A DNA stretch of 64,000 nucleotides from Nitrospira sp. GTDB lineage: Bacteria > Nitrospirota > Nitrospiria > Nitrospirales > Nitrospiraceae. Position numbers and translations under genes: made by a program. This document shows, one piece after another, positions 54,395 to 64,000 of this stretch. Under the pieces are notes generated by a model. It had not been told where the DNA came from. It did not search any database and saw only the letters and a program-made list of their open reading frames with translations. Positions within the stretch are counted from its first letter, which is position 1. Every line of letters starts with the position of its first letter. The stretch is from contig SWDR01000002.1 in assembly GCA_005116815.1 (NCBI GenBank), positions 10,239 through 74,238 on the forward strand, in the 5' to 3' direction.

Positions 54395-55804
54395 ATGAAC
54401 GTACGTGAAGTGTTGGAGTATGTGAAGAAACATAAAGTCCAGATCGTCGACTTGAAGTTTGTCGATCTCATCGGGACCTGGCAGCATTTCAGTATTCCGA
54501 CGAATGAATTGACGGAAGACCTCTTCAAGGATGGGTCCGGACTGGACGGCTCCTCCATTCGTGGCTGGAAGGCCATCAATAACAGCGACATGTTGGTCGT
54601 GCCGGATCCGTCGACGGCCTGTCTCGATCCGTTTTGTGCGGTCCCGACGCTGAGCCTCATCGGCAACGTGGTCGATCCGATCACGCGCGAGACCTACGAT
54701 CGCGATCCGCGCTATGTCGCCCAGAAGGCGGAGAAATACCTCCAGAGCACGAAGATCGGCGATACCTCCTACTGGGGTCCCGAAGCCGAGTTCTTCATTT
54801 TCGATCAAGCCCGGTACGATCAGAATGGCCATAGCGGCTACTACTTCATCGACTCCGAAGAAGGCGTCTGGAACATGGGGCAGGAAGGCCACAACCTGGG
54901 CGGCAAGATCCGCCAGAAGGAAGGCTATTTCCCTGTCGCCCCGACCGATACGCAACAGGACATCCGCAGCGAGATGATCCTGGAGATGGAGAAAGCCGGT
55001 ATCCAGATCGAGAAGCATCACCACGAAGTCGCCACGGCCGGTCAGGCGGAAATCGATATCCGCTTCGACTCGCTGGTCAGGACGGCAGACAAAATGATGA
55101 TGTACAAGTACATCGTCAAGAACGTGGCTCGCCGGCATGGCAAGACCGCGACCTTCATGCCGAAGCCGATTTTCGGCGATAACGGATCGGGCATGCATAG
55201 TCACCAGAGCATCTGGAAGGACGGCAAGCCCCTGTTCGCCGGGAAGGAATATGCGGGCGTGTCGCAGATGTGCCTGCACTACATCGGCGGGATTCTGAAA
55301 CATGCGCCGGCGCTGGCCGCCTTTACCAATCCGACGACGAACTCCTACAAGCGTTTGACGCCAGGGTTCGAAGCTCCGGTGTTGTTGGCCTATTCCAGCC
55401 GGAATCGGTCGGCCGGCATCCGGATTCCCATGTATTCACCGAGCCCCAAGGCGAAGCGGATCGAGGTGCGGTTCCCGGACCCGGCCGCGAACCCGTATCT
55501 CGCCTTCTCTGCCATGCTCATGGCCGGGTTGGATGGTATCCAGAACAAGATCAACCCGGGTGAACCGGCCGAGCAGGATCTCTACGATCTCGAAGCGAAG
55601 GCAGCGGCGAAGATTCGCACCATGCCGGGCAGCCTCGACGAAGCGTTGAACAACCTTGAGAAGGACCATGAGTTCCTGCTCAAAGGCGGGGTCTTCAGCA
55701 AGGACCTGATCGAAGCCTGGATCGGGTACAAGCGGACCAAGGAAGTCGATACCATGCGGTTGCGCCCGCATCCGTATGAGTTCTACCTCTATTACGACGT
55801 CTAG
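54395..55804 (+). CDS. glnA: Glutamine synthetase type I
   Basis: FDGSSIRGW; [16 protein letters not shown]; NSYKRL; adenylylation-loop-like NLYDL variant; 469 aa. Confidence 0.97.
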   Translation: MNVREVLEYVKKHKVQIVDLKFVDLIGTWQHFSIPTNELTEDLFKDGSGLDGSSIRGWKAINNSDMLVVPDPSTACLDPFCAVPTLSLIGNVVDPITRETYDRDPRYVAQKAEKYLQSTKIGDTSYWGPEAEFFIFDQARYDQNGHSGYYFIDSEEGVWNMGQEGHNLGGKIRQKEGYFPVAPTDTQQDIRSEMILEMEKAGIQIEKHHHEVATAGQAEIDIRFDSLVRTADKMMMYKYIVKNVARRHGKTATFMPKPIFGDNGSGMHSHQSIWKDGKPLFAGKEYAGVSQMCLHYIGGILKHAPALAAFTNPTTNSYKRLTPGFEAPVLLAYSSRNRSAGIRIPMYSPSPKAKRIEVRFPDPAANPYLAFSAMLMAGLDGIQNKINPGEPAEQDLYDLEAKAAAKIRTMPGSLDEALNNLEKDHEFLLKGGVFSKDLIEAWIGYKRTKEVDTMRLRPHPYEFYLYYDV

Positions 55805-55877
55805 AGTACAGGACCCATCTTAGGTATGGGTTGACCTGGTCGAAGAGGCATGGTACATATCTCTTTATGAGCGGAGT

Positions 55878-55970
55878 CGAGGCAACGGCGCCTCGGTAAG
55901 GCTTTCGACATACGGCACACGGACAACGGCGTCCGTCATTCTGGAAAGAGTGGCGGACGCCGTGTTGTTT
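55878..55970 (+). promoter_or_regulatory. Dual-hexaloop + terminator-like element (ANTAR-target-like), unit 1 of the glnA-FNT spacer
   Basis: P1 CGAGGC-AACGGC-GCCTCG (55878-55895), 23-nt linker, P2 ACGGAC-AACGGC-GTCCGT (55919-55936). ACAACGGCGTCCG can alternatively pair with CGGACGCCGTGTTGT (55954-55968), followed by TTGCC (weak U tract). Confidence 0.5.
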
Positions 55971-56028
55971 GCCGACAGATTCCTGGACGATGAAGTCTTG
56001 GATCGGGGTGGCAGAGCCACCTCCACGT

Positions 56029-56079
56029 AGGACAATGGCGTCCTCATTCTGGCAGCAGAGTGAGGACGTTTTCGTTTTT
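56029..56079 (+). terminator. Hexaloop hairpin overlapping an intrinsic terminator, unit 2 of the glnA-FNT spacer
   Basis: AGGAC-AATGGC-GTCCT (56029-56044). Terminator CGTCCTC (56039-56045) / GAGGACG (56062-56068) followed by TTTTCGTTTTT. The preceding hairpin GGTGGC-AGA-GCCACC (56007-56021) is not a hexaloop. Confidence 0.55.
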
Positions 56080-56129
56080 AAGGGATGCGGACGAACGGCG
56101 GTCTGGGAGAAGAAGACAACCACCTCCCA

Positions 56130-56252
56130 CAGGATGCTCAAAAAGACCGTCCAGCAAGGCCGCAGCGAGTGAAGGGCCGAGGCGTACCCGGAGGGTACGT
56201 TGAGGGTCTGAACGATGCGAGAACGAAGCTGGCGGGATTTTTCAGCATCCTG
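56130..56252. repeat. Dispersed palindromic intergenic repeat, copy B (MITE/REP-like)
   Basis: CAGGATGCTCAAAAAGACCGTCCAGCAAGGCCGCAG...GAGGCGTACCCGGAGGGTACGTTGAGG...GAACGAAGCTGGCGGGATTTTTCAGCATCCTG. Aligns with 16526-16684. Ends 26 nt before the FNT start codon. Confidence 0.75.
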
Positions 56253-56277
56253 TTGAGGAGCAACGAAGGAGGGCGTC

Positions 56278-57108
56278 ATGCATACAGCAGATCATGAACG
56301 GATTGCAGGCCTCGCGAAAAAGAAGTTTGGATTCATGGATAGCTCGCTCGGCGGGTATCTCTTGTTGTCGGCGATGGCCGGGGTCTACCTCGGCTTTGGC
56401 ATCGCGCTGATATTCAGTCTAGGGGCACCCTTGATGGCAGCCGGATCGCCGGTGGTGAAACTCGTCATGGGGACCTCGTTCGGGATCGCGTTGACGTTGG
56501 TCATCTTCGCCGGATCGGAACTGTTTACGGGCAACAACATGGTGGGGGCGATCGGCGGACTCTCTAAGAGCGTGACCTGGGGGCAAGTCGCGCAATTCAA
56601 TTTCTGGTCATGGGTCGGGAACTTGGTCGGCTCGCTGGCGCTGGCCTGGCTCGTCGTAGAATCAGGCGTCTTTTCGAAGGGGCCTACGGCGGAGTTTCTG
56701 GGGAAGGTGGCGGCGGTAAAAATGTCCCTGCCGGCCTGGGAACTGTTCGTGCGGGGCATTCTCTGTAATTGGCTGATCTGCCTGGCGGTCTGGACCGCGG
56801 GGCGGACCACGAACGATGCGGCAAAAATTCTGCTGATCTTCTGGTGCCTGTTCGCCTTCATCGGCACGGGATTCGAGCATAGCATTGCCAATCAATCGTT
56901 GCTGGGTATGGCGCTCTTCCTCCCGCATGAGGCGGCCGTGAACTGGGCGGGCTTCTGGTACAACCAAATCTTCGTCGTGCTGGGCAATGTCGTGGGGGGC
57001 GGTCTGTTTGTCGGGGGACTCTATTGGATGGTGAGTCCCTATCGGGTGGTGGAAGAGCCGGTCGTGGTAGAGGCAGCGTCCATATCGTCGGTTCCGCTCC
57101 GGTTCTAA
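56278..57108 (+). CDS. Formate/nitrite transporter family (FNT) channel
   Basis: 276 aa with six TM segments. FAGSELFTGN and GFEHSIAN match the two FNT signature regions. Confidence 0.9.
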   Translation: MHTADHERIAGLAKKKFGFMDSSLGGYLLLSAMAGVYLGFGIALIFSLGAPLMAAGSPVVKLVMGTSFGIALTLVIFAGSELFTGNNMVGAIGGLSKSVTWGQVAQFNFWSWVGNLVGSLALAWLVVESGVFSKGPTAEFLGKVAAVKMSLPAWELFVRGILCNWLICLAVWTAGRTTNDAAKILLIFWCLFAFIGTGFEHSIANQSLLGMALFLPHEAAVNWAGFWYNQIFVVLGNVVGGGLFVGGLYWMVSPYRVVEEPVVVEAASISSVPLRF

Positions 57109-57169
57109 GCAGAGTAGAGGCGGTCGGTCGTTGGATAGTCATTCGGTCATAATCTAAAGGAGTACACAC

Positions 57170-57610
57170 ATGGAGAAGGATACGGTTCGAAAGGCGATCA
57201 AGGCGAAGCGGTTGGCAAAGAATGTCACGATTGCGGAGGTGGCGAAGACCGTGGGCAAGAATCCCACGTTCGTGGCGGCGGCATTGAACGGGAACCATCG
57301 ATTCTCTCCGGATGAGGCGAAGAAGATCGGGCATCTGCTTGAACTGGATGCGCCATTGACGGCGGCGCTGAGCGCCTTTCCGGTCCGGACGGATTTCCCT
57401 AACGCGACGGACCCGTTCAAATACCGGCTGCTGGAGATCATCGGGGTCTACGGCGATTCGATGCGGGAGCAGGCTAACGAAATGTTTGGCGACGGCATCA
57501 TGAGCGCGATCGATTTTACGCTCGATATGGAAAAGGTAACGGGGAGCCAGGGCGAAGCGCGGTGCAAGATCACGTTGAACGGCAAGTGGCTCGAATACAA
57601 GACGTTCTAA
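57170..57610 (+). CDS. cynS: Cyanase (cyanate hydratase)
   Basis: 146 aa. N-terminal HTH-like part (KAKRLAKNVTIAEVAK.VG.NPTFVAAAL.G) and catalytic C-terminus (FGDGIMSAIDF...). AAAGGAG RBS. Confidence 0.93.
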   Translation: MEKDTVRKAIKAKRLAKNVTIAEVAKTVGKNPTFVAAALNGNHRFSPDEAKKIGHLLELDAPLTAALSAFPVRTDFPNATDPFKYRLLEIIGVYGDSMREQANEMFGDGIMSAIDFTLDMEKVTGSQGEARCKITLNGKWLEYKTF

Positions 57611-57625
57611 GGTAGGGTTGGCGTG

Positions 57626-57723
57626 CCGGCAATGGAGCCGGTGCAACGAATTGTCGGCTGGCAATGGCGCCAGCTTCTGGGGTTCCTTCGCGGAATCATG
57701 CTGGAAGCTGGCGCCATTGTTTT
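57626..57723 (+). promoter_or_regulatory. Dual-hexaloop + terminator leader (ANTAR-target-like attenuator) between cynS and the wHTH-nirA pair
   Basis: P1 CCGGC-AATGGA-GCCGG (57626-57641), 16-nt linker, P2 CTGGC-AATGGC-GCCAG (57658-57673). A perfect 16-bp terminator stem CAATGGCGCCAGCTTC (57662-57677) / GAAGCTGGCGCCATTG (57704-57719) followed by TTTT consumes the loop and 3' arm of P2. Confidence 0.65.
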
Positions 57724-57750
57724 AAAGAGGGTACAGGAAGGGAGGCGGCA

Positions 57751-59864
<2,114 letters not shown>

Positions 59865-59897
59865 TTAAAAAGTATCGTCGTAATGTGTCGTGGTGAA

Positions 59898-60206
59898 TTA
59901 GCTGTTGAAGACGCCGAGGATGTCTTCTTCCTTCAGGATGAGACATTCTTCGTCTTCGATGCGGAGCTTGCTGCCTGAGTACTTGTCGAAGAGGACCTGA
60001 TCGCCGACTTTGACGCTCTCGACCTTCTTGCCGATGCCCTGGATGATGCCCCGTTGTGGCTTCTCTTTCGCGCTATCCGGCACGTAGATGCCGCCCGCGG
60101 TCCGGTCCAATTCCTCGGTGTAGGTGACGAATACCCGGTCACCCAAAGGCTGGAACCCCTTGGTCAGGTCTTTCTTCTCCGTCTTTTCCTTGGCTGCAGT
60201 GCTCAT
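59898..60206 (-). CDS. groES: Co-chaperonin GroES
   Basis: FQPLGDRVFV........TAGGIYVPDSAKEKPQRG.I..IG.......VKVGD.VLF.KY.G; 102 aa. Confidence 0.96.
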   Translation of the reverse strand: MSTAAKEKTEKKDLTKGFQPLGDRVFVTYTEELDRTAGGIYVPDSAKEKPQRGIIQGIGKKVESVKVGDQVLFDKYSGSKLRIEDEECLILKEEDILGVFNS

Positions 60207-60466
60207 AACGATACCCTCCTCCTAAAGTTAACCCAGTGAAAATAAACGATGTAGAACAGGTGCGAACTCGATGGCGTAATCGTGGTACTCCCGACGAGCA
60301 GAAGCCCTGGTCTGCCGAACACGGGAGTAGAGATAGCCTCGGGTTCGTCCAAGTCAAGGGGGAGAAATGGGGAAATTCTTCCACGCCCTCAGAACAGGGA
60401 CGGGGGCATCATAACCTATTGAGAACGGGGTATTCTAGACCTTCTTTCGATGGGGCTCGGACGAGG

Positions 60467-61483
60467 TCAGATCCGCAAGCGGTCGAAATCTTTGATGTCT
60501 TTCTTGATATAGTCACGCAGCCGTTTGATAATGCGGGCCTCCAGCTGTCTCGTTCGCTCTTTGGTGATGGAGTATTTGCCGCCGAGGTCTTCAAGCGTGA
60601 GAGGAGTCTCAGAGAGAATCCGGTTTCGCAGAATATCTTCGTCCCGTTCGTCGAGCGTCTTAATGAATTCGGCGAGCTTGGTGCGGAAGAGTGTCTGCAG
60701 TTGGGTCTGTGCCAGTTGCTCGTCCGCCGGTACCTGTTGCGAGGGCAGCACATCCAACAGGCTGCCTTCCTGGTCTTCGCCCAGCGGTTGGTCCAGCGAT
60801 AGCTCCCAGTTGCCCAGCCGCTGACCCATTTCGATGACGTCTCGTTCCCGTACATTCAAACGGTCAGCGAGCAGCTTCGTGTCCGGGGCAAAGCCTTCGC
60901 GCTCAAGCTTCGCCTTCTCTTTTTTCAGGTTATAGAACAGCTTGCGTTGATCTTGGGTCGTCCCGATCTTGACCAGCCGGTACGTGTTCAGTAAATACCG
61001 AAGGATATAGGCCCGGGACCACCAGGCGGCATAGGCGTAAAAACGCACGTTTTTCGAGGGGTCGAACTTCTTGATGGCATGCATCAAGCCGACGTTGCCC
61101 TCTTGAATGAGGTCCATGTGGTCGGCGCCGGTGTGGAGATATTCAGCGGCAATCGAGAGGGAGACCCGCAAGTTAGCCATGATGAGCTTCACGGCAGCCT
61201 CGCGGTCCCCGTTATTCCGGTATTCATGAAACAGGCGCAGCTCTTCTTCTTTGGTGAGGTAGGGATAGCGCCGGACTTCGGCCAGATATTGCTGGAGTGC
61301 GGTAATCGGCGCCACGGCCGTTGTGTCGGCGGCATGAGGCGCCTCCGGGGCTGGGCTGTGAGCATCTTCGGGAGGAGGGCTGATCTCGGCGATCTCCTCC
61401 TCGGACGGCTCCAGGACCTCGGGTTCGAGCGGTTCTTCGTCTAGATCTTTGTCGCGCGGACTCATAAGGGGCGAGATTATCAT
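60467..61483 (-). CDS. rpoH: Heat-shock sigma factor RpoH (sigma-32 family) with an acidic/Pro-rich N-terminal extension
   Basis: Sigma70 regions 2-4 (DLIQEGNVGLMHAIKKFDP, YAAWWSRAYI) plus an RpoH-box-like TQDQRKLFYNLKKEK. Directly upstream of groES-groEL on the same strand. Confidence 0.8.
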   Translation of the reverse strand: MIISPLMSPRDKDLDEEPLEPEVLEPSEEEIAEISPPPEDAHSPAPEAPHAADTTAVAPITALQQYLAEVRRYPYLTKEEELRLFHEYRNNGDREAAVKLIMANLRVSLSIAAEYLHTGADHMDLIQEGNVGLMHAIKKFDPSKNVRFYAYAAWWSRAYILRYLLNTYRLVKIGTTQDQRKLFYNLKKEKAKLEREGFAPDTKLLADRLNVRERDVIEMGQRLGNWELSLDQPLGEDQEGSLLDVLPSQQVPADEQLAQTQLQTLFRTKLAEFIKTLDERDEDILRNRILSETPLTLEDLGGKYSITKERTRQLEARIIKRLRDYIKKDIKDFDRLRI

Positions 61484-61594
61484 AAAGAGCCGTCGGCGGA
61501 CTGCTGAAAAAGCCTCCGAGCTCCTTCGCTTGCGCGAATGAAAGGTGGTCCCATATAGTGGACGGCTCTATAGATTGGGAGAGAGTCGATTGCG

Positions 61595-62821
61595 ATGACG
61601 GACATGTTTCTCGCCCTCACTCGTGGCCATTGGCCCACATTGATTGGATCGTGGCTGCATCTTGCGGTCAGCTTCATGGTGTGGCTGCTGCTTGGCGCTC
61701 TGAGCATTGTGCTTGCGGACAGTCTGCAGTTGACCGGAACGCAGACGGCAGTGATCGTTGCGCTCCCGATGTTGGGCGGTGCGTTGCTCCGGGTGCTGGC
61801 CGGTTGGAGCAGCGATTGGTACGGGGCGAAGCCGACGGGAATATTCATTCTGGTGGGCGAGTTGGCGGTCGTCCTCTGGGGATGGTTGGGCGTTCATAGT
61901 TATGTCGAGTTGCTCGCGGTCGCGTTTTTGCTCGGTATCGCGGGGGCGAGCTTTGCGGTGACCTTGCCGTTGGCGGGCCGGACCTATCCGCCCGCCCATC
62001 AAGGGTTAGTGTTGGGCATCGTGGCGTCGGGGAATGTCGGCACTGTGCTGATTCTCTATTGTGCGCCACGGATTGCGGCGACGAGCGGATGGCATGCGGT
62101 ATTTGGATGGATGGTGCTGCCGATTCTTCTCAGTCTGGCCCTATTCGTATTTTTCGTGCGTGACGATCGGCAGAGCCGGCGGGCCGAGCGCGATACCCAT
62201 TGGTGGCACAATGTGGCCCTGATGGTTCGGCACCCGAAAGCCTATTGGCTCTGCGGGCTGTATGCCGTGACGTTCGGTGGGTTTGTCGGGTTTTGCAGCA
62301 TACTGCCACTCTTCTTCCACGAGCAGTACCAGGTGGATGGCATTGCCGCCGGCTCGATTGCTGCCTTGTGCGGATTGGTGGGCAGTCTCATCCGTCCGCT
62401 TGGCGGTCATGCCGCTGACCGGATCGGAGGGTTGCGAACACTCGTATTGGCCTTGCCCTTCGTCGCGGGCTTGGTCGCGATGCTGGGTCACGTCACGGAT
62501 GTCACGGTTGCCGTCGGGCTGATCGTCGCAGCCGTGGGAGCGATGGGGGTCGGCAACGGAGTGGTTCTTCAGTTGGCCTCGGAATGGTTTCCCAAACAGA
62601 TCGGTCTTGCCTCTGGGATCGTCGGGGCGGCTGGCGGGATTGGAGGGTTTCTCCTGCCTCTCTGGCTGGGAACGCTGAAAGAGGTCACCGGCTCCTATCG
62701 AGCAGGTTTGTGGCTCTTTGCCGCCGCTGCTGCTTGCGCCTGGGGCACCGTGCTGTTGGCCGAACGACGGGCGCAGCAACTGACCAGGCCTCTGGATGCA
62801 GATGGCCGTTTTTCCCCTTGA
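61595..62821 (+). CDS. narK: MFS transporter, NarK/NasA-type nitrate/nitrite porter
   Basis: 12 TM segments. GWSSDWYGAK (GxxxDxxGxK/R loop), GIVASGNVG and GIVGAAGGIGGFLLP resemble the NNP-family Gly-rich signatures. Confidence 0.6.
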   Translation: MTDMFLALTRGHWPTLIGSWLHLAVSFMVWLLLGALSIVLADSLQLTGTQTAVIVALPMLGGALLRVLAGWSSDWYGAKPTGIFILVGELAVVLWGWLGVHSYVELLAVAFLLGIAGASFAVTLPLAGRTYPPAHQGLVLGIVASGNVGTVLILYCAPRIAATSGWHAVFGWMVLPILLSLALFVFFVRDDRQSRRAERDTHWWHNVALMVRHPKAYWLCGLYAVTFGGFVGFCSILPLFFHEQYQVDGIAAGSIAALCGLVGSLIRPLGGHAADRIGGLRTLVLALPFVAGLVAMLGHVTDVTVAVGLIVAAVGAMGVGNGVVLQLASEWFPKQIGLASGIVGAAGGIGGFLLPLWLGTLKEVTGSYRAGLWLFAAAAACAWGTVLLAERRAQQLTRPLDADGRFSP

Positions 62822-62921
62822 CCATGAGGGGCCAAAAAAACCATGTCAAATGTGCAATGTGAAATGATAAATTGATCCTCCCGTACAACGTGCCCCCCAT
62901 TGGATAGCGACCAGCAACATT

Positions 62922-64000
62922 ATGGCCACTCCATTTCACAGTATCGAAGACGCGATTAAAGACATTAAGAAGGGGAAGTTCATCATCCTCGTCGATGACG
63001 AAGATCGAGAGAACGAAGGCGATCTCGTGATTGCCGCCGAGCATGTCACGCCCCAGGCCGTCAATTTCATGGCCAAACATGCCCGTGGGTTGATCTGCCT
63101 CGCGCTGACTCCCCAGCGGGTCGAAGAACTGCAGCTGCCGCAGCAGGCGGCAGAGAATACCGCCACGTTCGGGACGGCCTTTACCGTGTCCATCGATGCG
63201 CGGAAAGATATTACGACGGGGATTTCTGCGGCTGATCGGGCGACGACGATTCATGTCGCCATCGACCCCAAGGCGAAGCCAAGCGATCTGGCGAAGCCCG
63301 GTCATATTTTCCCGTTGAAGGCGCAGCAAGGGGGCGTGCTGAGGCGCGCGGGGCAGACCGAAGGCTCCGTGGATCTGGCGCGGTTGGCCGGGCTGAATCC
63401 ATCCGGTGTGATCTGCGAAATTATGAACGAGGACGGCACCATGGCGCGGGTGCCGGAGCTGACGAAGTTTGCCAAGTCACACAAGCTGAAGATGGTCACG
63501 ATTAAGGCGCTCATCGAATACCGCATGCAGCGCGAGACCTTTGTGCGGCGCATGGCCAGCGCGCGGATGCCAACGACGTTCGGCGATTTCGAGGCGGTGG
63601 CCTTCGAAAATGAAGTGGATGGCATCACGCACATTGCGCTGGTGAAAGGGCGCGTCGATAGCGGGGAGCCGACATTGGTCCGGGTGCATTCCGGTTGTTT
63701 GACGGCCGATGCGTTGGGCTCCATCCGTTGCGACTGTCGAGACCAGCTCCATAAGGCGATGGAGGTGATCCAAAAGGAAGGGCGCGGAGTCCTGCTCTAT
63801 CTCAATCAAGAGGGCCGCGGGATCGGTCTGCTCAATAAGATCAGAGCCTACGGGTTGCAAGATCAGGGCTGCGATACCGTTGAGGCGAATCTCCAGTTAG
63901 GGTTCAAGGCGGACCTGCGCGATTACGGTGTGGGGGCGCAGATCCTCGTGAATCTCGGGCTGCACCAGATCCGGCTCATCACGAACAATCCTCGCAAGAT
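62922..64000 (+). CDS. ribBA: Bifunctional 3,4-dihydroxy-2-butanone-4-phosphate synthase / GTP cyclohydrolase II (3' end beyond the window)
   Basis: Hand translation: [40 protein letters not shown]...[27 protein letters not shown]...[22 protein letters not shown]...[10 protein letters not shown]. Absent from the ORF track because there is no stop before the window end. Confidence 0.93.
   Translation, partial: MATPFHSIEDAIKDIKKGKFIILVDDEDRENEGDLVIAAEHVTPQAVNFMAKHARGLICLALTPQRVEELQLPQQAAENTATFGTAFTVSIDARKDITTGISAADRATTIHVAIDPKAKPSDLAKPGHIFPLKAQQGGVLRRAGQTEGSVDLARLAGLNPSGVICEIMNEDGTMARVPELTKFAKSHKLKMVTIKALIEYRMQRETFVRRMASARMPTTFGDFEAVAFENEVDGITHIALVKGRVDSGEPTLVRVHSGCLTADALGSIRCDCRDQLHKAMEVIQKEGRGVLLYLNQEGRGIGLLNKIRAYGLQDQGCDTVEANLQLGFKADLRDYGVGAQILVNLGLHQIRLITNNPRK

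Noticed and set aside
55920-56045. GGAC-N6-GTCC palindromes interpreted as DNA operator sites for a dimeric transcription factor.
   Set aside because: Across the copies the arms vary freely while remaining complementary, and the 6-nt centre is constant. That is the opposite of a protein-DNA operator. It fits RNA hairpins with a conserved loop, so these are reported as ANTAR-like leaders instead.
60207-60466. CIRCE/HrcA operator upstream of groES.
   Set aside because: No match to TTAGCACTC-N9-GAGTGCTAA on either strand. Only an unrelated 8-bp inverted repeat is present.
62822-62921. FMN (RFN) riboswitch upstream of ribBA.
   Set aside because: The spacer is only 100 nt and lacks the conserved RFN core sequences and multi-stem architecture.

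Overview
High-GC (about 58-60% by eye) bacterial chromosomal DNA. It looks Nitrospira-like; this is an inference from the cyanase + FNT transporter + ferredoxin-nitrite reductase locus and overall gene content. Order of content: rpoC tail, rpsL, rpsG and the first 19 codons of fusA. Then an 18.4-kb block holding a Pro-rich protein, tRNA-Arg, a response regulator, a DUF4340/GldG/ABC-2/ABC-ATPase operon, rlpA, HEAT-repeat proteins, glgP, a UvrD-type helicase and tRNA-Tyr/Gly/Thr. Then the ribosomal S10(part)-spc-alpha cluster from rplW to rplQ, lptCAB-rpoN-hpf-rapZ, and pilM with a pilN head fused to a GAF-GAF-ANTAR body. Then nadE, porin-amtB-amtB-glnB-glnD-glnA, FNT-cynS-(small wHTH)-nirA head, a groEL body with groES, rpoH, a NarK-like transporter and ribBA (runs off the window). 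I recognised no CRISPR array, transposase, integrase, phage or defence genes. Two things stand out. (1) Three or four intergenic leaders in the nitrogen-assimilation region carry tandem stem-loops with AAYGGC hexaloops. In each, the second stem-loop overlaps an intrinsic terminator. This is the architecture described for ANTAR antiterminator targets, and a GAF-GAF-ANTAR protein is encoded about 3 kb upstream. (2) At least five abrupt breaks cut conserved genes (rpoC, fusA, tRNA-Thr|rplW, pilN|GAF, nirA|groEL). The simplest explanation is contigs joined without spacers, so the apparent pseudogenes are probably not biological.
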